Shown in pieces: positions 13,526 through 25,883 of a stretch of 44,582 nt of DNA. This stretch comes from Streblomastix strix (Eukaryota). Each line of letters opens with the position of its first letter. The first letter of the stretch is position 1. The stretch covers positions 1 through 44,582 of the forward strand of contig SNRW01000013.1 in NCBI GenBank assembly GCA_008636045.1. The letters are read 5' to 3'. The notes under the pieces are model-generated. The model did no database searches and was not told the DNA's origin. It saw only the letters and a program-made list of their open reading frames with translations. A program made the position numbers and the translations under genes.

Positions 13526-13717
13526 AGAAAATTAAAATGTTTAATTAAATAAATAAGTTTAATTAAATAAATTAAATAATTTAATAAAAAATAAATTAAA
13601 TAATTTAATAATTAATTATTATTTTATTAAATTATTAAATTATATCTTAGTTAAAAATCTTTTTCGAGATCATTTTAATTTTAATTAAACCCACTCATAA
13701 TTTCAAAAATTGTTTCG

Positions 13718-16700
13718 ATGACACGAAATTATACTCGATAATAAGTGAATGAAATTGGTAGATTATTTGGACATAATTATTCAAGAGTTAATTTATAAGC
13801 TGGTTAATTCTTAATATAAGGCTTGTTTTAAGAGTATGGCGTTGATGAACCATATGATTACTCCCCTGAATTGATTTAGAAAATTATTGATGCAGTAAAA
13901 TTAAAGCAACAATAAGAAAAATAAAGACAGTAAAAATTACTTGATGATTTTTATGAATGGTCTAATTAAGTAACTTTAGAATAGTTAGGATTGAAATAAC
14001 CATCAAAAGAGATTCCTTAGGAGATTCCTTAGGAAAAAACTTAGGAAAAAGAAAAAGAGATTCCTTAGAAAAAGCATTAGAGAAAAACCTCATTAGAATT
14101 AAGAATTGAAGAACATAATAAATAAATTGAAGATTTACCTGATGAATTTTTTGAAAATTTTACCAAGCATGGCGTAAGTTAGATGGAAAAAGATTTACCA
14201 AAAGAATATGATAATCTATAAGTTGTTGTTAAATAACCAATTGCTAAATAAAAAGTAAAAATAAATGAATAACCATAAAAATAAAAAACTAAGATTTAAA
14301 TTTAATATCCAGTTTATAGATCTGATTTATCACCATAATTTGTTAATGAATAATTGAGAAGACTAGGTAAATAAACCGATGATCTCTCAAATTAAGCAGC
14401 TTTAGAATTGTTATCGTTATAATTATAAACATTAAACTACGATGATTCTAAATTATCAACTGAAGCTAGAATTAGAGCGTTTTTAGATAACTCTATTCCG
14501 GATTAACATTAAGAACAAGATTTGAATTTCTTATAACCATTAACATCAGAAGCAATTTCAGATATTCGTGATAGAATTGATAATCCAAAAAATAATAGTG
14601 AAATTAGAATATAAAAGGAATAACTTAATGAAAAATACAAGAAGATTCACTAAGAATTTAATGATATTCTTGAAGAATAACTGCAAACTTTTAAGATGGC
14701 TGATGAAGAAATAATAGCAGAAACATATAATTTTAATGATAAAGAACTAAAATAAATAGAAATTGAAGGCTTAATTGAAGAATAAGATAAATCACTTTTA
14801 TTAACTGAGCCAGTTAATTTATTGTAATTTTTATAATGTTTGAGATAAGCAAGAAGATAACATCCACAGCAATTAAAAGAAATTAAAGGAAAAATTGATT
14901 AAGACGGAAATGAACCTACTCATACATATATAAACAATTAAATAACTTCATTGGATGATATTCATAGATTTATTAAAGAAGTTTTTGAAAAAGAAAAAGA
15001 AAATCATTTTAAAATTGCTGTTGATTTCGGATATATACAAGAATATTAAGATGTAACTCCTGAAGGAGAATAAATATTAGAATATGACTCAAAATTTCCA
15101 AGAAAAAATTTAACACCATTGAATATTAAATCGCTTATTACAAGTTAAGAAGATATGGATACTTACGATAAATACATAGAAACAATAATAATCAATAATT
15201 AAGAACGAACTGAAGAATCTACAAAACATCATTTCATAGCAGTATTTTCAATGATTGTTATAGCTTATCGTATTCCATTTGCAGGTAAAGCTATTCCTGA
15301 GTTATAGAAATTTATTAAACGACGTGAAGTACATTTCGTTGAATCTCCATATCCAAATAATTGTTTCTTTGAAGCTTTATCATATTTATCAATGCCTGAT
15401 TCGAAAACTAATCGTTATAGATCTTAAAATAGAGTTGCTGAAGGAATTAGATTAATAATTTAATATTACAGCTTATCTGGCAATTCTGCTAAATGTAGAG
15501 ATGTTTAAAATTTTCTTGCTGATTTAAAGGATTTGATTTAGCTGCTGATGGTAAGAATATTGCAAAAAGAATGAATATAAATATCTGTGTCTATGCGTTT
15601 AAAGAAGATGAATAAGGTAACTCATTCTACTTAGATCATGTAATAAAATCATTTAATTATATCTTAGATGAAAATGAAACTCAAGTATAAGAGCAAGATC
15701 CACAAAATTTTAATATATTACTTCTTTAATTCTAAAATCAAGCTCATATATTATATGTTTCTGATCCAGAAGCATTAACCGGTTATAGATATTGTCCAAT
15801 ATGTAAGCTTCATGGTATTAAAATAAAAGATAAGAACTGTAATTCTGCGAGAGATTTTGAAAGACATGTTGAGAAATGTAAGTTAAATAAAGGCAAGCAA
15901 GTTCTACTATCATCATCTCAAATTCCATTTGCTCCACATATTTACGGTAATTAAACTTATATGCATCTATTAGCTAATGAAATGATTGATAAATTTAAAC
16001 CTACTCAATATTATATCACATATGATTTTGAGACTGTTGAGCGAAATATTAATAAATACTTTGGTAAAAAGAAGGATGAAAAGAATGATGCAGGTTAATA
16101 AATAAGTAATTCATTCTAAAACTCAATACTTGAACCATTATCAGTTGCAACTACAATTAAATCTAAATCTGGAATTAGAACAATCTATTACGATTTACGT
16201 TAAGGCCCAAGTTTTATAGAAAAATGGTTAGAAGAAGTATTTAAAGCTGCTGAATAAATTAAATAAGACAATAGTTATAATGATCCAGAAGTTCCTTATG
16301 AAATTCCTGTTCCAGTTGTTGGTTTTAATTCTGCACACTTTGATATGATATTTGTATTACCATATCTTACAAATAAAGATTGGCACATAGTTTAAGGTGG
16401 ATATCTTGGTGATTTCTCACATATTAAGCGAGTAGAAGTTAGACATAAAATAAGCAATGTAAAAATATAATTCTTAGATATTGGTATGTTTATGACTAAA
16501 ATGTCATTAAAAGAAGCTGCTGAATCATTCGGTGATGGAAATAAACAAGATTTGAAAGGAATATTTCAATATACAGAATTCAACTACGATAATTTTAATG
16601 AAGTGCTATCAAAATCCGAACCATTTGCTTAAACTGATTTCCTAAACTTACTCAAAGAATAAACATTATCTGATAAAGATTACTAAATTTATCTCGAAGA

Positions 16701-18885
16701 TAGCAAAAATTTTAAAACAAGATGGGAATATCTGAAGTATTATAATGAATAAGATACAAAAATTATGATAAAACCTATTGATAAACTAATTTAAATGAAT
16801 TTTAATAATGGTATTGATATGTTTAACTATGTTTCTATGGCAAGTTGTGCAAATGCTATCAAATATAAGATTGCTTGTGATGATTTCGATTTAAATGCTC
16901 GTTATGAAAATAAATCTGACACTTCTCTTATAAATTATTAGACATTCAATTTAACTGAATAATATTGGGGTATTAAAGTATAAAATTATAAAAAATAAGA
17001 TATTAAAGCTGGTAGAGATGTTTCAAATAACGTGAATTAGTCAGATTATGTGTATTTCAAATAATAACTTGAAAAAGGCTCTTGTTGGTATTGTTAAGCA
17101 AGATTTACTAAAACTAATCTTCCAACACTTGATAGAATCGATAATAAACTTGGTCATTCAAAAGATAACGTAAGATTAGCATGTTAATATTGTAATGTTG
17201 CAAGAGCTAATAGAGATGATAAAATATTTCGATTAAAAATATAACTTAAAAGATATTATTAAGCAAAACAATTGCCTATGCCATTAACAGATGAAGATAC
17301 ATATCATGAATTAAGAAACGGAATTACAGGTGGATTAGCTAATGCTTTTCATAGATATAATATTTCAGGAACAACTCATATAAATAAATTGAAATTATCG
17401 GAAAATAAAGTTGTTAGTTATGATTTAGAACATATTATGACACATATTACAGGTTTTGATTTCAATTCATTGTATCCATCTGTTTACAGTGGACTTTAAC
17501 ATGAATTTATTAGATATACTGGTCATTAAATGTATATGCCTGGCTATGAATTACTTAGAATTAATTGTGTAACTGAAAAATAAAAACAATTAGGATTAAA
17601 TATTATTGATAATTAATTAAGATTCTCTTTACAAAAATCTGACGTAGATAAAGTAACAATGTTCGTAGCATCTGTTAAAGGTCAAATCGACGAAGAATAT
17701 CTTAATGATTTTATTAATTGTCCACCAATAATTAGGAAATATAAATATAAATGCTTGGAATCTGTGATTGGTAAACTGATGTATGAGCATTAATTGAAAA
17801 ATAATTTACCAAAAGATAGAGATGAATGCAAATTAACTGTATTATTATCAACAATGGGTGAATACATGGATTTCTATTCATATTACTTATGGTTTCTTAT
17901 TGATGATTGTCATTTCATAATTGATGATATCAAAAACATTAAAACTTTCTCAAAACATTTAGGATTTGCACCATTTGTTAAACATTTCAGTAAATAAAGG
18001 CTCACAGCAAAATTATCTAAGAATGCTGGATTAGATTAATATAGTAAAATAATTATGAACTCATCTTATGGTTCTGATGGTATGAATTAAGAACATTTTA
18101 CAGATGTTAAGATATGCGATAGAGATGAAACATTTAGAGCTCATTTATATGGCAAATTTAAATCGGATCGTAAGTTAGGCGATAATAATTATGCTGTGGA
18201 ATATGAAAAAGAAAAATTTAGTTGTAAAACTTGCATTTAAGTAGCATTTGCTGTATTAGATTGTTCTAAGTATTGGTTTATGAGTATTTATTACAATTTC
18301 CTTTGCAAATGTATTGATTAATAACGTTTTCATGTTGTTTACTGTGATACAGATTCAATGATGTGTGCTGTATCAGGTGATCCAAATTAAGATTATCGTT
18401 AAGGATTCTCTGCAATAATTAATGAATAAAAAGTTTATGATGAAAATTTCTACAAATTCTTCCCAGATCCTAATAAAGACATATATGATGAAAAGAAATT
18501 ACTTGGAGTTGCATATGAACATTGTGGAACAACTATGATTGCATTAGCACCTAAGAATTATTGGTTAGATTAACCATTTGATAAGAAAGAACCTGAAGTA
18601 ATTAAATTGAAAGGATTAAATTTAAAACTCAATCCACAAATTAATAAGGAAGCATACATATAAAATTTCAAAGAAGGAACTGTAGTATAAGGTAAAAATA
18701 AATCATTAAGATAACATATAGAGCATAACTAGTAAAATGAAATACTTAGTCGAATGAGTAGAGTTGAAACATTTAAGAATGGTATTACAGGAACTCATAC
18801 AAAAATGATATGCTTAGCAAATGGATGTTGTTGTCCGTATGTTTACTAATTATCAGCAGATAACTATAGTGTTGAAAATCTATGA
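13718..18885 (+). CDS. polB: Protein-primed family B DNA polymerase with long N-terminal (terminal-protein/vOTU-like) region, Zn finger and inserted HNH-like domain; one -1 frameshift at ~15523-15529
   Basis: Frame 2 runs 13718-15574 (…PNNCFFEALSY…). Frame 1 runs from ~15523 to TGA 18883-18885 and contains FKGFDL…ININICVY…AHILYV, CPIC…H…C, Exo I YDFET, Exo II GFNSAHFD, Exo III YNEQD, CWYC…TLDRIDNKLGHSKDNVRLACQYCN, GITGG, Pol A DFNSLYPS, Pol B KIIMNSSYG, Pol C YCDTDS, APKNY and KLKG. Confidence 0.93.
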
Positions 18886-18930
18886 TAATAGTAAATAATC
18901 ATTTAATTTTATTTTTGATTTAATTCAAAC

Positions 18931-20349
18931 ATGTCTTTCAATTAGGATGATTTTGGTGTTCCACGTAAAGGTGGTCATTTCTTAAGAAAACCTTAAAAAC
19001 GAACAGAAGAAGAAATTCTATAAGATATTTTGAGTAGATATTCTGATGATACTGATGAAAATCAAAGATAAAATGAAGTTGGTAAATAAAGATTTATTGA
19101 AGGTATGGCAGATCTAATGAATCTAGGAATTAAAGAAATACTTGATAAAAATAAATCATTAAATTTTGAAGATTTCATTGAAAAATTAAATATACATGAA
19201 TCGTATGAAGAATTACCAGTTATGAGTAAATTTGCAAATTTTATCAAAATCGGAGGTAAATCATTAATTAATTGGTTTAATGAATATGTTGATATATTAG
19301 TTGCTAGAGGATAAAGAAGAAAACATATTGGAGAAGATATTAATGAAGGTAGAAGATAATTAAGATAAATTGTGGAATTTCCATTCAAATCAAAGTTAAA
19401 ATTATTTGAAAGAGCAAATTAAATTAAATTGCGACCATAAATTGATATCGATGAAAGAATAAATGTTCCTGATTATCAAATCAAATAATTATGCAAGAAA
19501 TTTGGAAGACCTTACTTTTCACAATACACAGGTTCATGGGAAATTGATTTAGTATTCTCGATGAATCCATTAATAAAACACGTTAGTTAAATATATTTAT
19601 TCTGCATTAACATTAATACTAAATATCTTGTTGTATATCCTATACGTGAAAAAACAGCAGATGAAATTCTCAATGCATTAATAATTTTAACAAGAAATTT
19701 CAAAGTAAATTATATCAGAGGTGATGGTGAAAGAGGATTTACAGCAGCAAAGTTAATAGAATTTTATAGGAGTAATTAGAATTCTTTAATTCACAGTTTC
19801 TTCATTAGTAATGCCGCTGCACCATTTACAAATCATAATGGAGTAGTTGATTCAGTTATAAGAACTATAAGAAATGCATTCGGATTAGATGAAAGAGCAT
19901 TTGCAAACAACAATTTAATGCAATAGATGGTTGAAATTTATAATAAAACTCCTCATAGTGCATTCAATAACTACTTTACTCCAAAGTAAGTCAATTAAGA
20001 TGAAGATCTTGAAGAAATATTCATAAGAAAACATAATAAATAATTATAAGAATAAAAGAAAATTTAAGTGCTTGAAGGATTGCATAATTTTTAGCCTGGA
20101 AATATTTTAATGATTCATGTTGATTATTCTCGTACATCACATTCATTTGCAAAATAAAGAAGAAATTTTAATGAATTAGCAGAATTTGTTAGTTATGTTC
20201 ATGGAAATGTTTGTTGTAACCTATTAAGGCCATTTAAAGAATTACGTAGGATTGAGATTCAAATATATTACTGTAAATATGTTTGCAAAAATATTGAAGA
20301 ATTATTTACACCTAAATTTAAAGATTATCGATAAGTATTCTTAATTTGA
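18931..20349 (+). CDS. Retroviral-like (rve) integrase, 472 aa
   Basis: GSWEIDLVF…YLFCININTKYLVVYPIREKTADEI…YIRGDGERGF…NHNGVVDSVIRTIR…MVEIYNKTPHSA…TP is the pattern of Polinton-type integrase cores. Consistent with the 6-bp TSD. Confidence 0.88.
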
Positions 20350-20417
20350 AAATTTTCATTTAATAATTTTTTATTTATTTTTTAATTTATTAATTTTTAT
20401 TTATTATCAAATTACGT

Positions 20418-20804
20418 ATGCAAAAAGAAGAAATTTAAGAATTAATTATTTAAACTTTGGATGAATTATAGCCTCAATTATTTAAAAAAGATGATGATTA
20501 AGTCAGTAAAGTTAGCACTCGTGGAAGAAAACGTAAATATTAATCTTAAGAAGAAGCAAAAGAAAGTTAAAAATAATAGAGTAAAATAAATGCTGCAAAA
20601 GCATCATTAAATAAAAAATTCTTTAAAACTCATGCAACAGATTCATAATAATAATTAATTAAGAGACTTCAAAAAATAATATTAAATAATGACGTTTTGA
20701 TATAAATACATGATATTGTTGATTAATACGATGAAAATATAATTAAATTAAAGAATGTTATTGCTTAAAGCTAAGAAATTTCATAAGATGAAGAATAAAA
20801 ATGA
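20418..20804 (+). CDS. Viral hypothetical basic/coiled-coil protein, 128 aa, possible DNA-binding
   Basis: ATG-to-TGA ORF containing TRGRKRKYQSQEEAKESQK (AT-hook/NLS-like basic motif followed by a helix). Confidence 0.7.
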
Positions 20805-20861
20805 AGTTAAAACTTTTTCTTATCAGTACTCATTGCATTCGCGCTCTAAAGAGTATATTTT

Positions 20862-22151
20862 TCAATCGTCATCAGTTTCATCAGTTTAACTTCCACTTCC
20901 ACCTTTCTTAGTTACCTTTTAATCTCCAAATATTTCTAATGCTGCTTCTTATTCATTTAATACTTTACTATCAATTTTTACTCTTTCTCCCGGTCGTTCT
21001 AGTTCTTCCATATCTCTTTACATAGCTTGCTAATGAGTAAGTATATTAATAGCTTATTCATATGAATATGTTGTTTATCCAAAATTGACTTCGAATGTTA
21101 ATTCATTTCTTTTCGTTCTTGCCCATTATACTTCAGCTGCAATTAAATCATATAGATCTCCTAATTCTGATAGTGGCTTACCTGAATATAATTAGTTAAA
21201 TACATTTATTGCAAGCTTATTTATTGCATTATATTTTTTCCTTGTATCTGGAGTACGATACAATTTGAAATAATCTGTATCCCTAAAAGCTGCTTTAGAT
21301 TAATCATTAGCATTCATAGCAGCAAAATATCCAATAAATTTCTTCTTCCAAATATATGGTGCACATTTTAAGTAAGTCATCTGTTATCTTAATCGTGTTT
21401 ATTGATCTGCTTATTTATTTATTACATGACCCAAACTCTTAAGCACAATTTATACAGCTTTATTGAATAGTTATTTACCAATTGCTGCAGGAATTAACGG
21501 TCTAATTGATTCATCATACCAAGTACCATAGTTATGTTCTCTTCTATTAGCTTTTTTAGGATATGCACCATAATATTAGTTCAATAAGAATCTTTATTTA
21601 GGTTCAACAGCACGATAACCATCAATAGAGTAAAATCCTGAAGGATTAGTTACAATAACATTATTAGGAGTATTAATATCTCTATCAAGATCTTCTGATT
21701 TAACTTTCCTTCCTTTTTCTTACAAACCTCTATCAGTAATCCAATTTGCAGCACTTTCTACATTAACTAATGCTTTTACTCTTTTAATATCTTTTGCTAA
21801 TTTGCCAACTAAAGTTAATAAAGCTGGTCCAGCTTAATCAGCTAATACTCTAGCTTATGCTTATCGTTATACAGCAAATCCACCTTATCTTCTCATAATT
21901 TCGTCAAAACTGACATTAGTTCTTGGTCTTTAAGGTTTACGAGCGTCTCTAATAATTCCTATATATCTTCCTTAATTCTTTATTACTGCTGGCAGATATT
22001 AATCATCTTTATATTATTCCTAATATGCTTTACGTCTACGAATTTCTTAAATGAGATCACTTGTTGGAATTTATGATGAGCTTGATGATGAGCTTGATGA
22101 TGAAGGTTATTATAAGAAGGCTCTTGAAGATATTAGTTCAGATCCATACAT
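20862..22151 (-). CDS. Viral hypothetical protein, ~429 aa (alternative in-frame ATG at 22181); possible core protein
   Basis: Long open frame under TAR=Gln (MYGSELISSRAFLQQPSSSSSSSSSQ…EDLDRDINTPNNVIVTNPSGFYSIDGYR…) ending at TGA; Arg/Lys-rich N-terminal half. Confidence 0.75.
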
Positions 22152-22225
22152 TGATTCTTTACGTAAAAGATAAAACTTCATATGAGTTCATTAATTGCAA
22201 ATGAAATGTTCAATTTAATTTTAGA

Positions 22226-22882
22226 ATGAACCAAATAATTAGAAATATGGATGAAAATCACGAGTTAAAGCAATCAGTTTAATCCGCATGGACGAACACT
22301 AAATAAATTAATGTGAGTTAAGTTTTAAGATCGTCGTCACCAAGTTAAGCATCTTTATAAACATTAGTTTCACCAAGAGCTATATAAACTATAGTTGAAG
22401 TTAAATCACCATTCGAAAAAGATCCTCAACCTATTTAAATTTCATCTCGAAGAAGATCATCAATATTTGAAGAAACAATAACTCCAGATCCAACAGTTTG
22501 TAAATGGTTATTAGATATCATAAGTGAAGATGAACATATGATTAAAGAATCAGCTCATTTCATTTTATCATAGCCTTAATTGACTCGTGTTGTTGCATAT
22601 ACTTATGAAGTTCCTGAAAGTTAAGTTGAAATACTTGTTGAAGATGAAACTTGTTGTAGCAAATTCTGTAATGACGGAACTGTAACAGTAACTGATATTG
22701 CAATTTCAAATGTAAATATCTTAACGTTAGACACAGATAAAGCAAATTTATTGAGAGATTCTTATAAAATATGTCTGTAAAAAGTTAGAAAAATATCATC
22801 AATATTAGATTTAGGAGAGATTTCATCAAGAATTATGCGAGCAGTATCATCAGGATTGATGTAAGTTTTATCTAAGGTATGA
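22226..22882 (+). CDS. Viral hypothetical protein, 218 aa
   Basis: ATG-to-TGA ORF with a Ser/Pro-rich N-terminal half and an ETCCSKFC motif. Confidence 0.7.
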
Positions 22883-22931
22883 TCATAATAATAGATAATA
22901 AATTTATTTTTGTTGAAAACACCGAATTAAA

Positions 22932-25829
22932 ATGCTTGACGGGGACTTACATATGTTAGATGTTGTCTTGAAACATGATGAGACATTATTTGGATCGAAT
23001 CGTACAAATACTATTGGAATTGTGGAATAAATTACAAATATCAATAATTAAATCAATATGATTAATAACGCACCTGCACCTGATGTATATACAAGAACTG
23101 AAGCAATTGAGTTATTTGATAACAAAGCCGACAAAACTGATCTTGATGAATATTACAGTAAATCTGAAACTTATGCTAAAGTTGAAGTCTATAATAAAAC
23201 AGAAGCTGATGAATTTCTTGATGAAAAAGCTAATGTTGGCACTTCATACTCTAAATCAGAAGATGATTCATTGCTATTATTGAAAGCTGACAAAACTTAG
23301 TTAATAGATTCATATTCAAAATCAGAAGATGATGCATTGCTATTACTGAAAGCTGACAAAACTGAGTTAATTGATTCATACTCTAAATCAGAAGATGATG
23401 CATTGCTATTATTGAAAGCTGACAAAACTGATTTTGATGAATATTACACAGCTGGATAGGTTGATGAAATGCTTGATGAAAAAGCTGACAAAACGTAATT
23501 GATTGATTCATATTCAAAATCTGAAGATGATGCATTATTATTATTGAAAGCAGATAAAACTCAATTGATAGATTCATACTCTAAATCGGAGGATGATGCA
23601 TTACTAAATAATAAAGCTGATATTGGAGTTTCTTATACAAAAGGTGAAGATGATGCATTATTATTATTAAAAGCTGATAAAACTTAATTGATTGATTCAT
23701 ACACAAAAACAGAAACAGATACCAAATTAGCTTTGAAAGCAGATTAATCAACAACTTACACAAAATCTGAAGATGATGCGCTATTATTAGCAAAAGCTGA
23801 CAAAACAGACTTAGAAAACTTTGTAGATCTGTCTTCAGCTCAAACAATAACAGGACAAAAATAATTTGGAATAGTTAGTGTATCTAGCATATCAAAACTT
23901 ACTAAAAATGATGCATCAATTCTTCTCGCTGGTGGTGGTGATATGCTTGTAAGTAGTTTAGTTACATAACCATAATTATAAGAAGTCAGAGATATTGCAT
24001 CAGGAAGATCAAAAGGTCATGTATTCGATACATTATAAGATTTAAATGATTGGATGGCTATTCCTGATAATGTTGCAACTCTTGTTATTGGAGATAATTT
24101 ATATATAATTGATTCATAAGTTACAGATTATTGGTGGGATGGAACTTAACTTAGAGAATTAGAAACTTAACTGCCAGATTTAACTAATGTTGTAACAACA
24201 CTTGGTGAAGCAACTGGAAGTGGAAATGCAATAACTGATCTATAAATTGATGGAAATATATTGACTCCAGCTAAAAATAAAAATTTCATTGATTTGGAAT
24301 ACAATCAGACGATAACTGGCTAAAAAACATTCACAACAACTATTCATTCTGTTGGTATTACTTATTTAGATTACGATAATTCTAATGTAATTTTAGCTGG
24401 TGGTGGAGTTAGAGCAATTGCTGATATTTAAGGTGCTTCATACACAAAGGCATAAGATGATGCGTTACTATTACTTAAAGCTGACAAAACATAACTGATA
24501 GATTCATACAGCAAAACAGAAACAGATACTAAATTAGGTTTGAAAGCAGATTAATCAACAACATATACAAAATCAGAAGATGATGCGTTATTGTTATTGA
24601 AAGCTGATAAAACTTAACTAATAGATTCATACAGCAAAACTGAAACAGATAACTTATTGAATGATAAAGCAAATCAATCAACAACTTACACGAAATCAGA
24701 AGATGATGCATTGTTATTGTTGAAAGCTGATAAAACATAAATAATAGATTCATATACAAAATCGTAAGATGATGCGTTATTGTTATTGAAAGCTGATAAG
24801 ACTCAATTAATCGATTCATACACTAAAACTGAAACAAATAATCTCTTAAATAATAAAGCAAATCAATCAACAACATACACCAAAACAGAAACCGATAACT
24901 TAATAGCATAGATTGATGTTGCAGATGTTGATTTGAGCAGCTATTACACGAAAACTAAAACTGATGAATTATTAGGTGAGAATGCATATACAACTGATCT
25001 AGAAAATTATGTTACATTAGGCACTTAATAGGTAATAACTGCAAATAAAACTTTTCAGAATCCATGTAGATTCACAAGTTCAATTGATGGAACGGGAACA
25101 ATTACTGGATCATCATTTGTCAAATCAGGTGCTGATGATAGCGTTGTATTACTTGGAGCAGGAGGTACTAAGCCAATATCTGAATTTGGTGGAAGCGTTG
25201 ATGATTCGAATTATGTGAAGAAAACGGGATAAGAGCTTTAATTAATTCATGGGGTATTACGAAGAGATGATGATGAGGTATCAATGTTAGAGTATGATGA
25301 AGATTATTTGACAAGATTAGAAGTTGACAGAAAACTAACAAATTATGTTAATAAAACAACAACGCAAACAATTGCAGGATCAAAGACTTTTTCTAGTAAT
25401 GTTACTGCTTCGGGATTTGCAAAAACAAGTAAAGATGATACGTCTGTTCTATTAGCAGGTGGAGGTGACATGTTGATATCAGCATTTGGAGGGGCTGAAG
25501 ATATTACTTCGACAGTTTCTAGTTATGGAGCTAATATGGTATTTACAAACACTACATTTATCAAAATTGGGAAATTGAGACTATTCAGAGGCACAGTTCA
25601 TCCATATAATAATATTTCTGCATCTTCATCGGATAGTGTAGTGTCATTAAGTTTTTTAAATCATCCTGCTTCAGATACTCCATTAATTGTTGCAAGAGAT
25701 ACAACTAATTCAATAAAAATGTATGTATCAGCAAGCAATTCAACAATATACGTTAATACTACCACTTCTTCATGGGCTAATACACTCGAAATAACAATAT
25801 ATGGTTGGTGGATTGCGCCATAAGGTTGA
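22932..25829 (+). CDS. Phage-tail-fibre-like repeat protein (putative virion fibre), 965 aa
   Basis: Two arrays of 19/22-aa repeats (SYSKSEDDALLLLKADKTQLID; 57/66-bp period). Four QT/VIxxxKx/TF units, each followed by a (I/V)LLAGGG-like motif. A C-terminal beta-rich tip ends ITIYGWWIAPQG. Confidence 0.75.
23244..23810 (+). repeat. Coding tandem repeat array 1 of the fibre gene (66/57-bp units)
   Basis: TCATACTCTAAATCAGAAGATGAT… recurs at 23244, 23310, 23376 and onward. A second array lies at ~24438-24900. Confidence 0.85.
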
Positions 25830-25883
25830 TATCTCTGATGCAATGAAAACGTTAATTAAATATTTATTTTTGTTTATGATCAA

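Noticed and set aside
20862..22882. Adenain/Ulp1-like maturation protease expected in Polintons
   Set aside because: No HW…D…Q…CG motif order was found in these or the other unassigned ORFs by eye; a profile search is needed to confirm absence.
23244..24900. Regularly spaced repeats resembling a CRISPR array
   Set aside because: Units are multiples of 3, vary mainly at synonymous positions, have no unique spacers and lie within one ORF; no cas genes are present.
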